Part shown: piece by piece, positions 49,946 to 59,252 of the stretch
How the letters are laid out: each line of letters starts with the position of its first letter
How positions within the stretch are numbered: the stretch's first letter is position 1
NCBI GenBank assembly: GCA_963749595.1
Contig: CAVVNJ010000008.1
Location: 191,054-255,053, forward strand
Direction of reading: 5' to 3'
Length of the DNA: 64,000 nucleotides
From: Candidatus Woesebacteria bacterium
Lineage (GTDB): Bacteria > Patescibacteriota > Microgenomatia > UBA1400 > UBA1396
Notes under the pieces: generated by a model
Databases searched by the model: none
Seen by the model: the letters and a program-made list of their open reading frames with translations, nothing else
What the model was told of the DNA's origin: nothing
Made by a program: the position numbers and the translations under genes

Positions 49946-51617
49946 AGCGTTGGTTTTCCCGGCCGCGGTGGTCGAGCGGGCTCGCGGGTTTATTGGCTAT
50001 ATTGTTGGCGGCGGCGGTGACGCGGGTTTACTGGGGCGCGACTTTTCCCTATACGCATGACGGTTCTAACCACCTGGCCCGGTTTGCCAACTACGCCGCC
50101 GCCTTACGCGAGGGGCAGTTTCCGCCCCGTTTCGCGCCTTACCTGAACTCCGGTTTCGGTTTTCCGGTTTTTAATTACAACTATCCCTTGGCCAATATCC
50201 TGGCGGTCCCGTTCATCGCTTTCGATCTGAATCCGGAAAAAGTTTTCGCCTTGATCGCTCTCGGCGGGATGTCGGTGGGCGTCGCCAGCGCGTACTTGGG
50301 GTTGCGGCGGTATTTCTCTCGTTCGGCGACGATTTTTGGGACGCTGCTGTACGTGTTTTCGGCCTACAACGTCACGAATATTGTTTTTCGCGGCGGCATC
50401 GGCGAATTAATGGCCTATTCCTTGACGCCGCTAGCCTTTCTGGCGCTCGATTCCTGGCAAAGAACCCATCAACGGTCGGCTTGGTTCGGCGGCGTCGTTG
50501 CCCTGACCGCTCTGCTTTTAGCGCACAACGTCTTGGCGCTGATGAGTCTCGTCTTGCTCGGTCTGTGGAGTCTGAGTTGGGTGATCGACGTCGAAAATGG
50601 TTACCTTGGTTCTGATCTGGCTGACTCCGGTCGGTCTCACCTTCTGGTTCTGGTTGCCCGCGCTGGCGGAAATCAAGTTAGTTGCCTCTGTCGAGCAACA
50701 CGCTGATCCAAGAGGCGGCGGAGCATACCCTGACTTGGTCGCAATTATTGTTTTCACCCTGGCGAGTTCGGCTTTTCCCGCTCGGTCCGCTCGATACTTT
50801 CGGTTTCGGATTGGGGCCGGCCTGGTTAACCACTGGTTTTGCGGCAACCGCACTGGCTCTGCGCCGGGTATTCGATCGTCCGTCGGTAAGGTTACATCAG
50901 CACCAGTCGAGAGTGGTAATCATTCTGGCAATTCTAATGACGCTGAGTTTATTTCTAACCCTCGATGTGTCAAAAATCGTTTGGCAAAACTTTGCCCTAC
51001 TGTCGATGTTCCAGTTTCCTTGGCGTTGGCTATTCCTCTTCACCCTGATCAGCGTGCCAATCGGTGCTTGGGTTTATGATCGACTGCCCGGAAAGGGAAA
51101 ACTGGTTTTACTAATCGCTTTGGGGTTCCAGATAGTCGCGTTTTTGTCGCTCAAGCCAGCGGATCGATTCCACTACGAACGCGATTACTACCGTTCTTTT
51201 CCAGGTACGACCACCACCCGCAACGAAAATCGTCCGCTGACATTTACGCTTGACACGCTGCCGCCGCAGGAGCCGCGGCCGCGGATTGCGACCGGGGAAG
51301 CGGAAATTCGGGTGGACTCCTGGTTGGGTTCCCGTCGGCAGTACGAGGTGAGTGTGACTGCCGATGTCTTGCTGGTCGAGCCGACGGTCTATTTCCCCGG
51401 TTGGGAAGTTCGCGACGAAACGGGAAAACTTTATCCGATGGTGTTAACCGACGAAACCAAAGGGTTGGTGGCCTATGAATTGCCGGCGCGGCCAGGCCCC
51501 TATCAGATTGAGTCTGGTTTTACCGGACGGACCTGGCCGCGCCGGATTGGTGAAGTGGTTTCCCTGCTGACTCTGTTAACCTTAATCGTGGTGGTCGTGA
51601 GGTTCAGAAATGATTAA
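49942..51617 (+). pseudogene. large polytopic membrane protein (GT-C-like, function unknown), two frameshifts (about 50595 and about 50680)
   Basis: Hydrophobic protein sequence continues through three frames: 49942-50590, 50597-50680 (LIWLTPVGLTFWFWLPALAEIKLV) and 50682-51617. Confidence 0.5.
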
Positions 51618-53001
51618 CTGGTGGCGCGCTAAAAAATGGTTAGCCCTCTTTCTTGGTCTGGTGCTGTTGGGTAGTTTTTTGCGCGGCTGGCAGTACTGGG
51701 AATTTCCGATCGCCGGCGAAACCCAGGACGAAGCGGCCTGGACGATGCTTGGTTCCAGCCTACTTCAAACCGGTAGTCCGGCCAGCTGGTCCTATTTTAG
51801 CGGCTACGAAACTTTGGCGGTAATCGAGCGCGGGCAAGATAAATTTCGTTTGGTCCAACCGGATTTAGATCATCCACCCTTATTCAGTTTATTACCGGGA
51901 CTGGCGCAGACCTTAACCGGCCAGTACTGGCAGGAGTTGCCTTCCATAAAGCTCGTCCGTTTCCCGGTCGTATTATTAGCGATTTTCAATTTAAGTTTAC
52001 TTGCTTTCTGGATCTATCGCGTACCCTCCGAGCGACTATCGATAGTCGGTAAATTGGCCGCTCTAGGTATTTTTGCCACTGCGCCGAGTTTTGTTTGGCT
52101 GTCGCGGTTAATTGTCAGTGAAAACTTGATTGTCACGGCAATTTTGTTACTGCTGATCGCGGCCGAAAAGTGGGGGAAAATCGACCATTGGTTGGCGGCA
52201 CTCGCCTTACTTATTCTTCCCTTGACCAAAATCTCCGGTTTAGCCGTATCGGCCGCGGCCGTGTGGTCAGAGGCGCTGCTGGAGCGGAACCGTTGGCGCT
52301 GGACGCTTTTTTTCGCCTTGGTAGGCCTGGGATTTCTGGCGCTTTATGTAACGGTGATCGATCTGCCGCTGTTTTTGACCATTCAGGCTCAGCAAGCGGC
52401 GCGGGAAACCGGTTGGCTGACGTTGTTTTCTGCCCAACTGTGGGCACCGACCATGATCGATAAAATAACCGGAGACGTTTGGGAAACCCTGGGCTTTATC
52501 GCCGCTTTCGCCTGGTTATTGGTGCCGACCAAAGATAAGAACGACCGACGCTTGGCTTTCTTGTTTTTGGCACAGCTGGTGTTTATTCTTCTAAGCGTTG
52601 GTGAACACACCTTCCATGGATGGTACCGGATCGTGCTACTACCGATTTTTGCTTATTGTCTCGGATACTGGATTGATCGGGTTTGGCAAAATCGATCAAG
52701 CGTCGGCTTGGCCTTGGGGTGGATCCTGGCCCTCCCGGTTTTCCGCATGGGATTATTGTCCTGGCTGGGACCGGCGATGTACTCTTGGCAGGGGATTGGC
52801 AGCAAAATCGGCTTGGTTCTGGCAGGGTTAAACTTGGTTGCCGAGCCATTACCGGCGCCTAAGCGGGACCGAATCTGGCGCGGATTAAGTCTTCTCTTGG
52901 TCTTACTGGTACTTTCCAGTAATATACTGGCAGTGGTCTTTTGGCGGGACCAAACCTACTGGCAAGATGAGTTATACCTGGAACAAGGGATTCGACCTTA
53001 A
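51610..53001 (+). CDS. polytopic membrane glycosyltransferase-like protein (GT-C/PMT_2-like)
   Basis: 12 or more TM segments and an early ETQDEAAW loop, comparable to the DE motifs of GT-C enzymes. Confidence 0.55.
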   Translation: MINWWRAKKWLALFLGLVLLGSFLRGWQYWEFPIAGETQDEAAWTMLGSSLLQTGSPASWSYFSGYETLAVIERGQDKFRLVQPDLDHPPLFSLLPGLAQTLTGQYWQELPSIKLVRFPVVLLAIFNLSLLAFWIYRVPSERLSIVGKLAALGIFATAPSFVWLSRLIVSENLIVTAILLLLIAAEKWGKIDHWLAALALLILPLTKISGLAVSAAAVWSEALLERNRWRWTLFFALVGLGFLALYVTVIDLPLFLTIQAQQAARETGWLTLFSAQLWAPTMIDKITGDVWETLGFIAAFAWLLVPTKDKNDRRLAFLFLAQLVFILLSVGEHTFHGWYRIVLLPIFAYCLGYWIDRVWQNRSSVGLALGWILALPVFRMGLLSWLGPAMYSWQGIGSKIGLVLAGLNLVAEPLPAPKRDRIWRGLSLLLVLLVLSSNILAVVFWRDQTYWQDELYLEQGIRP

Positions 53002-53009
53002 GGAGGCGC

Positions 53010-53930
53010 ATGGCAAAAATTTTGGTGACTGGCGGAGCAGGATTTATCGGGTCGCATGTGGCTGATGCTTACGTTGCCGCGGGCCATGAAGTGGTGATTC
53101 TGGACAATCTCTCTACCGGAAAGAGCGATTATGTTAATCCTAAAGCCCGATTTATCGAGGCCGATATCACCGACCGAGAAAAAATAAAGTTGATTCTAGA
53201 AGAAGTTCGGCCGGAAATCATCAACCATCATGCCGCTCACATTCAGGTTGGTTACTCGGTGGAAAATCCGCATTTTGACGCTCAGGCAAACATTTTCGGC
53301 GTACTAAATATCATGGAAGCGGCACGGAATTTGGGAACAGTCCGTCAAGTGGTCATGGCTTCTACTGGCGGGGCAATGTACGGGCATAAGGAAGTGCCTT
53401 TTGTCGAAACCATGTTGCCGCAGCCTCTGGCGCCCTATGGCATTTCCAAGCGGTCCGGTGAGATGTATTTGTATTTTTATCACGAGCAATATGGTATTCC
53501 TTACACGGTTTTGCGCTACTCCAACGTTTACGGCCCGCGCCAAAACCCGCACGGCGAGTCCGGTGTGATTGCGATTTTCATGGACAAAATTCTGAAAGGT
53601 GAAACGCCGGAGATCAACGGGGATGGCACTCACACCCGCGACTATGTCTTTATCCGTGATGTCGTACAAGCGAATTTATTGGCTTTAACCGCCGGAAAAG
53701 TTGGCGAGTTTAATATCGGCACGAATACCGAGACCAGTACTAACGATGTTTTCCGCAAAGTCGTGACCGCCATGGAGGTCGATATTCCTGAGCAGCACGG
53801 CCCGGCCCGCCCAGGCGAGCAGGTGCGCAGCGTGCTGGATTATTCCCTGGCGCAGAAAGAATTGGGTTGGTCACCAACGGTTTTGTTCGATGAGGGAGTC
53901 AAATTGACGGCCAAATATTTTTCTACTTAG
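53010..53930 (+). CDS. galE: UDP-glucose 4-epimerase-like NAD-dependent epimerase
   Basis: VTGGAGFIGSH and the catalytic YGISKRSGE (YxxxK). Confidence 0.8.
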   Translation: MAKILVTGGAGFIGSHVADAYVAAGHEVVILDNLSTGKSDYVNPKARFIEADITDREKIKLILEEVRPEIINHHAAHIQVGYSVENPHFDAQANIFGVLNIMEAARNLGTVRQVVMASTGGAMYGHKEVPFVETMLPQPLAPYGISKRSGEMYLYFYHEQYGIPYTVLRYSNVYGPRQNPHGESGVIAIFMDKILKGETPEINGDGTHTRDYVFIRDVVQANLLALTAGKVGEFNIGTNTETSTNDVFRKVVTAMEVDIPEQHGPARPGEQVRSVLDYSLAQKELGWSPTVLFDEGVKLTAKYFST

Positions 53931-53963
53931 TGATCTATCTTTCCGCCCATGGCCCTACGACAA

Positions 53964-53979
53964 TATGTACATATGTACA
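53964..53979. promoter_or_regulatory. tandem octamer/palindrome TATGTACA-TATGTACA in the galE-GT2 intergenic region
   Basis: TGTACATATGTACA is a perfect 14-nt palindrome read from the sequence. It shares the TGTAC core with the repeat-arm palindrome. Confidence 0.3.
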
Positions 53980-54062
53980 ACAAACCCTATTACTCATTAA
54001 TAGTGCCATTCTTTAATTGACATCTATAATTGCTTAAACGTACTGGGAACGTCGCACAAAAA

Positions 54063-54734
54063 ATGAAGCCAACCATCGGGATTATCATCCCTGCCTATAA
54101 CGAAGCCGAAACCCTGTCGGTCGTCTTAAAGGTTGCCGCCAGTTTTGGTTATCCATTAATAGTCGTCGATGACGGCTCTCTTGATCGGTCAGCCGACATT
54201 GCCTCTGGTCATACTACGCACGTCTTGCGCCACCAGGTAAATCTCGGCAAGGGGGCGGCCATGACTAGCGGAGCGGAATATGCTTTCGATCGGCTCGGCC
54301 TGGATTCGATTATCTATCTCGATGCCGATGGCCAACATGATCCGTCAGAGATTGAGCGCTTGGCCGCTGAGCTGGAAAAAGGAGCAGAGATTGTTTTAGG
54401 GGTCCGCGATTTTGACGCCAATATGCCTCTGGGACGCGTGATTGGCAATCGGTTATTTTCGGTGGTCACCCAATGGCTATTTGGCAGCTACGTTCCAGAT
54501 ATTCCCTGTGGTTTCAAAGCCTTTTCCCGTCAGGTTTATCAACAACTGAAGTGGGAGGCATCCGGATATGAGGTCGAGTTGGAAATTGCCACCAAAGTTG
54601 CGGCCCGCCGCTTGCCGTTTGTCACCGTTCCCGTTTCAACCCTGTACTTTAATTTTAATCGCGGCATGAATTTTTTGGATACCTTTAAAGTGATTAGTCA
54701 TCTTATTTCTTTGCGCTTGCGTCAGGTATACTAA
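54063..54734 (+). CDS. glycosyltransferase family 2 (polyprenol-phosphate sugar transferase-like)
   Basis: IIIPAYNE, VVDDGSLDRS and DADGQHD motifs. Confidence 0.8.
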   Translation: MKPTIGIIIPAYNEAETLSVVLKVAASFGYPLIVVDDGSLDRSADIASGHTTHVLRHQVNLGKGAAMTSGAEYAFDRLGLDSIIYLDADGQHDPSEIERLAAELEKGAEIVLGVRDFDANMPLGRVIGNRLFSVVTQWLFGSYVPDIPCGFKAFSRQVYQQLKWEASGYEVELEIATKVAARRLPFVTVPVSTLYFNFNRGMNFLDTFKVISHLISLRLRQVY

Positions 54735-54738
54735 CCTA

Positions 54739-55920
54739 GTGAAGCGCTGGGAAAAAGTTCTTGGGTGGATCATTGTTTGGCGACTGGGCATACTAGCGAT
54801 TGCCTGGTTGGCCACCTTTTATTTGCCGCTCAAGCCAGCCTTTACACCACAAACGAGTATTTTTGGCCAAGCGGTGACCTATTTTTCCTGGATTTGGGGC
54901 AATTTTGACGGCATGATCTTCATGCTGATCGGCCGTTACGGTTACAGTGCCGAGCAATTGCCGTTTTTTCCGCTATTGCCGATTTTAATCCGACTGTTCT
55001 CGCGAATCTTTTCCCTGCCTGAAGTGCACGCCGGCCTCGTGGTCTCGGCCGGCGCTTTTCTTTTGGCCCAGTGGGTAATCTTCAAACTACTCCAGCTTGA
55101 CCACCAAGAGAAGCTATATTGGCTGTTTTTGGCGGTGATGTTGCTTTTCCCGACGTCGGCCTTCTATACGGCCATCTATGCCGATTCCTCGTTCCTCCTG
55201 TTGGCGAGCTTGACCCTCTTAATGTCGCGGCAAAGACGTTTCCTTTTAGCGAGTGTCTTTGGCGCCTTAGCGACGTTAGCCCGTCTGAACGGACTGGCTT
55301 TATTGTTCGTCATTGGGGCGGAGTACTTACACTCGATCGACACCCGGTTAGAGCAGAAATGGAATATACCGGTATTTTTCCGGGCTCTCTGGGAGGGTTT
55401 GTCACCGAAATTAATCCTGAAACGGAGGGTATTTTGGGCGTTGTTGATTCCGTTGGCTTTTCTGGGCTATCTGTTTTACATCCAGTCGATGTTCGGCGAT
55501 TGGCACCTATTCTTCTCCGGAGTCGAGGTATGGCACCGTAATAAGCTAACTTTTCCGCTCCAGACGTTTTGGCGTTATTTTAAGATCTTGTTTATCCATC
55601 CGCGGTTTACGATTACCTACGTGGTGGCTTTACTTGAGGCTTTCATGACGGGAATTTATCTTCTGGCTTTGGTCTGGTCCTGGGGCAAGATTCGCCTTTC
55701 CTACTGGCTGATGATTTTTCTCCATTTGCTGATTCCGACGCTAACGGGGACGCTCCAGGGGATGCCCCGTTATGGATTGCACCTGTATCCCTTGTTCTTG
55801 ATCTTCACGCTTTTCATCGCCAAGCAACCGCGTTGGGTGAGGGTGCTGTGGCTTGGGGTTTCGGCTGCCCTTCTGGTCTTTTTCGTGACGTTTTATACCC
55901 GGGGTTACTTTGTCTCCTGA
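54739..55920 (+). CDS. polytopic membrane protein, mannosyltransferase (PIG-V/GT-C)-like
   Basis: About 10 TM segments. It sits directly after a GT2 polyprenol-phosphate transferase-like gene. Confidence 0.5.
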   Translation: MKRWEKVLGWIIVWRLGILAIAWLATFYLPLKPAFTPQTSIFGQAVTYFSWIWGNFDGMIFMLIGRYGYSAEQLPFFPLLPILIRLFSRIFSLPEVHAGLVVSAGAFLLAQWVIFKLLQLDHQEKLYWLFLAVMLLFPTSAFYTAIYADSSFLLLASLTLLMSRQRRFLLASVFGALATLARLNGLALLFVIGAEYLHSIDTRLEQKWNIPVFFRALWEGLSPKLILKRRVFWALLIPLAFLGYLFYIQSMFGDWHLFFSGVEVWHRNKLTFPLQTFWRYFKILFIHPRFTITYVVALLEAFMTGIYLLALVWSWGKIRLSYWLMIFLHLLIPTLTGTLQGMPRYGLHLYPLFLIFTLFIAKQPRWVRVLWLGVSAALLVFFVTFYTRGYFVS

Positions 55921-55921
55921 G

Positions 55922-55965
55922 GGTCTGACCCTCCAGGCGTGAGGTACTACCAGGGTCAGACCTTT
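55922..55965 (+). terminator. possible intrinsic terminator
   Basis: 11-bp stem GGTCTGACCCT / AGGGTCAGACC with a 19-nt loop, followed by TTT. Confidence 0.45.
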
Positions 55966-55967
55966 GG

Positions 55968-55973
55968 TATAAT
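55968..55973 (+). promoter_or_regulatory. TATAAT -10 box 9 nt upstream of tRNA-Gly
   Basis: Exact TATAAT. No convincing -35 element. Confidence 0.3.
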
Positions 55974-55982
55974 GAATTCATT

Positions 55983-56056
55983 GCGGGTGTAGCTCAATGG
56001 CAGAGCGTCAGTTTTCCAAACTGATGACGAGGGTTCGATTCCCTTCACCCGCTCCA
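55983..56056 (+). tRNA. tRNA-Gly (anticodon UCC), CCA encoded
   Basis: Acceptor GCGGGTG/CACCCGC, anticodon stem TCAGT/ACTGA with loop TTTCCAA, T arm GAGGG-TTCGATT-CCCTT, and a 3' TCCA. Confidence 0.85.
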
Positions 56057-56081
56057 TGATTACTGGGACGAACACAGAATC

Positions 56082-56558
56082 TTGCAATTCAACATGAATA
56101 CACTATTGAAGAAGCTTTACGAAGCAGATATCTCTGATCGGCATAATAAGATTTCCAATCAACGATTAAATATAAATGATCAACAAAGAATAGCTCAGGT
56201 TCAAACGATTCTTGATCGCGAACAATCTCTTGACAGTCAGGATTACCACTTCGCCGCGCTAATCTTCCAACATGGTGAATCACTTGGTCAATTCCAGAAA
56301 GCTCATAAATTGGCAATAATGGCTGTTGAGTTGGGAGATAACTCCGCACGTTGGTTAGCGGCGGCCTCACTCGACCGATCTCTTCTAATGGAGGGTAAGC
56401 CTCAAAAATATGGCACCCAATTTAAGCTTAATGAAAATAATGCTTGGGAATTAATCTTGCCGGTGGATCCGTATATTACCGATGATGAGAGGGCAATATG
56501 GAATGTTCCTCCGTTGAAAGATGCATTAAAAGGATATAAACAAAAATATAATTTATGA
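56082..56558 (+). CDS. hypothetical protein (DUF6624-like pattern)
   Basis: AT-rich ORF. QKYGTQF and a C-terminal ERAIWNVPPL recall DUF6624. This assignment rests on memory only. Confidence 0.35.
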   Translation: MQFNMNTLLKKLYEADISDRHNKISNQRLNINDQQRIAQVQTILDREQSLDSQDYHFAALIFQHGESLGQFQKAHKLAIMAVELGDNSARWLAAASLDRSLLMEGKPQKYGTQFKLNENNAWELILPVDPYITDDERAIWNVPPLKDALKGYKQKYNL

Positions 56559-57265
56559 CTCCAACTTTTCGCTTTCACAAAAAATACCAAGGTCACAGTA
56601 AAACCAAGGCCGTCATTTTATTATCCGGTTGGCGGACCAATCAGGCTCAGTACTGGCTCTTTTCACGGCTAATCGCCAACCAGGGTTACCGTTGCTTGAC
56701 CTATACCTATGACGCGGCGATTCTCCAACCCAATGTTAAAACCACGGCCGCCAACATCTCTCTAGTGGTGGCCGATATAGTCCAAGAAATCGCTGCCTTC
56801 AAAAAACAGGGCGCCACGGAAATTATTCTCTTTGGCACCAGTTTGGGTTCACTTTTGGCGATTCTCTCGGCCAATCAATCGGACGACGTCGATAAGCTGA
56901 TTTTGAATACCAGCGGACTCGACATGGCCAAAACCGTTTGGTCTTGGGATGACATCTTTTCTGGTTTTAAGGACACCTTAGTCAATCAAGGCATAACTCT
57001 TGAACAATTGTGTCTGGATTGGCAGAGCATTAATCCTCGGGATAATCTTGATCGAATCGCAAATAAAGAGATTGTCTTATTAGCCTCGCGTAAAGATAAA
57101 ATCATTCCCTTTACCCAAGCCGACGAGCTGCGAGTAGCCTTGCAAAAAAACAATCCCAGACTTATATTTCAAACAACTGACCATTTTGGTCACTTATTAT
57201 TTGGAGCCATTAATTTGTGTCAGGCTCCAAGATATCTGAAAGGAATAAATGCTCAAAGAACTTGA
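56555..57265 (+). CDS. alpha/beta hydrolase
   Basis: Nucleophile elbow GTSLGS and a C-terminal DHFGH. Confidence 0.6.
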   Translation: MTPTFRFHKKYQGHSKTKAVILLSGWRTNQAQYWLFSRLIANQGYRCLTYTYDAAILQPNVKTTAANISLVVADIVQEIAAFKKQGATEIILFGTSLGSLLAILSANQSDDVDKLILNTSGLDMAKTVWSWDDIFSGFKDTLVNQGITLEQLCLDWQSINPRDNLDRIANKEIVLLASRKDKIIPFTQADELRVALQKNNPRLIFQTTDHFGHLLFGAINLCQAPRYLKGINAQRT

Positions 57266-57572
57266 GGATCAAATTAATGATATCCACGCCGGATCGACCG
57301 CAAAACTCGATCCAAATAAGGAGGTGTCCCGTGATTATGGCCACGCCATCGGCATGATTGCCCAAGCGGGTCAGCTTGAATCACTCAAAGGCGGCGATGA
57401 GGCGCGGCAAATTGAAATCATGCGTCAAAGAGCTGAGGAACAGGTAATTATTTTCGGGAAAAAGATTCTGGAATTTTTACGTCCGGAGTTGAGAGCCTTA
57501 ATCGAGCCCGAGCGACTAGATCAGTTGGAAGAGGATCACCAGATATATTTACAACTCAAAAGTACTAGGTAA
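57249..57572 (+). CDS. hypothetical protein
   Basis: ORF only. Confidence 0.35.
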   Translation: MLKELEDQINDIHAGSTAKLDPNKEVSRDYGHAIGMIAQAGQLESLKGGDEARQIEIMRQRAEEQVIIFGKKILEFLRPELRALIEPERLDQLEEDHQIYLQLKSTR

Positions 57573-57583
57573 TTTCAGTCTTT

Positions 57584-58042
57584 ATGCCCGATTTTAAGAT
57601 TACTTTTACGGAACTCGATCAACCCATGGTCGATCTGGTTGAACGCACACATCAGAAAATCTTGGCTCGCTGGGCAATCGAATGTGCGGAAAGGGTAATG
57701 CCTTATTTTGAAGATAATTTTCCTAATGATCACCGACCGCGGAGAGCGATCGAGACTCTGCAAGAATGGCTAAAGACCGGGGTGTTTTCGATGTCCATAA
57801 TTCGAAAAGCTTCGCTGGATTCTCACGCCGCCGCCCGCGAGGTTGGCGAGGATAGTCCAGCTCGTTCGGCTGCCAGAGCTGCTGGTCAGGCGGTTGCGAC
57901 CGCTCATGTGCCCCGCCACGCTTTGGGTCCAGCGAAGTATGCGCAGCAGGCGATTTTTCGTGCTACGATTGGTTCGATTGAGGCCGTAAATATGGAACGC
58001 GAGTGGCAGTACCAGCGCCTAATGGAGTTGAGATCCTATTAA
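57584..58042 (+). CDS. Imm-5-like putative immunity protein
   Basis: The pattern LARWAIECAERVMPYFE...DHRPRRAIETLQEWLKTG...AAREVG...ARAAGQAVATAHVPRHA matches my recollection of the Imm5-like family. Confidence 0.45.
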   Translation: MPDFKITFTELDQPMVDLVERTHQKILARWAIECAERVMPYFEDNFPNDHRPRRAIETLQEWLKTGVFSMSIIRKASLDSHAAAREVGEDSPARSAARAAGQAVATAHVPRHALGPAKYAQQAIFRATIGSIEAVNMEREWQYQRLMELRSY

Positions 58043-58061
58043 AGTGGTACCATTTGGTGGT

Positions 58062-58722
58062 ATGAAGAAAGGCTCAGTGAACCAAAAAAATTAAAGTCGC
58101 GTTGCTGGATTTCGATGGAACATTGGTAACCCGGGACATTCTCGATTTTCTCGCTCAATCGGTTGGTAAAGAGAAAGAAAGTGTTGCGCTCAATGAAGCC
58201 TTTCATCGGGGCGAGCTTCCCGGGTTGCAAGCTTTAATCCAAAGAATAAATTTTTTGAAGGGAATGACCAAGACCCAAATGTTTGCCGCTTTGAAACCAG
58301 AGAGTTTTCTGATGCCGGGAGCCGAGGAGCTAATGAGTTTCTTTAAAAAACACGGCATTGTTACAATTTTAGCCTCGGGAAATATCGTGCCAGTTTTGGA
58401 GTATTACCAGCGTTTGTTGGGCATCGATTATGTGGTGGGGCCTCAGCCGCAGATGCAGAGCGAGACCATTTTGGGGATCGATGAATCAGTTTTTTCCAGC
58501 AAAACCTTCAAGTTAGACGGCATTCGGAAGATTCTCAATCAATTGTCGATCGAGCCGGAAAACGTCATCGCGCTTGGCGATTCTCCGAGTGACAAAGGAA
58601 TGTTCGAGTTGAGTAATTTTGCGATTGCGGTCAATCCTAAAGGAGATATTGCCGAATCCGCGAATGCGGTGGTGGAACACGATCTAAATCAGGTAGTTCA
58701 AATTTTAGAAGATTTGGTTTAA
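58062..58722 (+). pseudogene. HAD-superfamily phosphatase (SerB-like), start separated from body by a frameshift in the A7 run 58084-58090
   Basis: The body begins (K)IKVALLDFDGTL (HAD motif I) and later has GDSPSDKGM (motif IV). ATG 58062 (MKKGSVNQK) joins in frame if the run is A6. Confidence 0.7.
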
Positions 58723-58826
58723 AGAATATCGCTGACCAGAAAATGGCCACTTAGTGAGACATGTTTCCTTTGGCTCAGTAATTAGGTAAAATCACAGGAG
58801 TATAGATTATCTTCTTGAGGAGCAAT

Positions 58827-59216
58827 GTGCCCAGAATACAGCCTTACGAAGGATACAATCGGCAAAAGTACGATTTTGGTTTTGACGAAGTGAGCGACCA
58901 GGCGATCAAACAAGAGATCGACCATCTCATGAAAGAAGAGGAGATGAGCTACGAGCAGGCTGCTTTTGTTGCCGCCGCGACAATGGATGGAGCGGGCGAG
59001 CTGGCCACCGTACATTCGATTCAAACTTGTACCGACATTGGTGGGAATCCGATCCCCAGTCTTTCTGGTCCTGATGCTGTGGTCTGCCGCCTGGACGAGC
59101 ACTCGGCTACCGCGCAGAAGCGGCGGCGAGCAGCGGAGGAAGGGATTGATGACGCTGCCCATTGGATTAAAGAACATAGCCCGCAGGTCTACGCCGAGTT
59201 ATACGCCGAAGAGTAG
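58827..59216 (+). CDS. hypothetical acidic protein
   Basis: ORF with GGAG 4 nt upstream of GTG 58827. The opposite-strand ORF 58782-59177 is judged spurious. Confidence 0.35.
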   Translation: MPRIQPYEGYNRQKYDFGFDEVSDQAIKQEIDHLMKEEEMSYEQAAFVAAATMDGAGELATVHSIQTCTDIGGNPIPSLSGPDAVVCRLDEHSATAQKRRRAAEEGIDDAAHWIKEHSPQVYAELYAEE

Positions 59217-59252
59217 GTGAACTAATTTATTTTGTTGGAGAGATAGAACTAT

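Noticed and set aside
53966-53979. The TGTACATATGTACA palindrome as an intrinsic terminator for galE.
   Set aside because: The stem is short and AT-rich, the loop is minimal and no T-tract follows. A protein-binding site is more plausible, though it remains speculative.
58782-59177. A 131-aa minus-strand ORF overlapping 58827-59216.
   Set aside because: The plus-strand ORF has a GGAG Shine-Dalgarno and a natural acidic protein composition. The minus-strand product is Arg/Leu-rich and lacks a ribosome-binding site.
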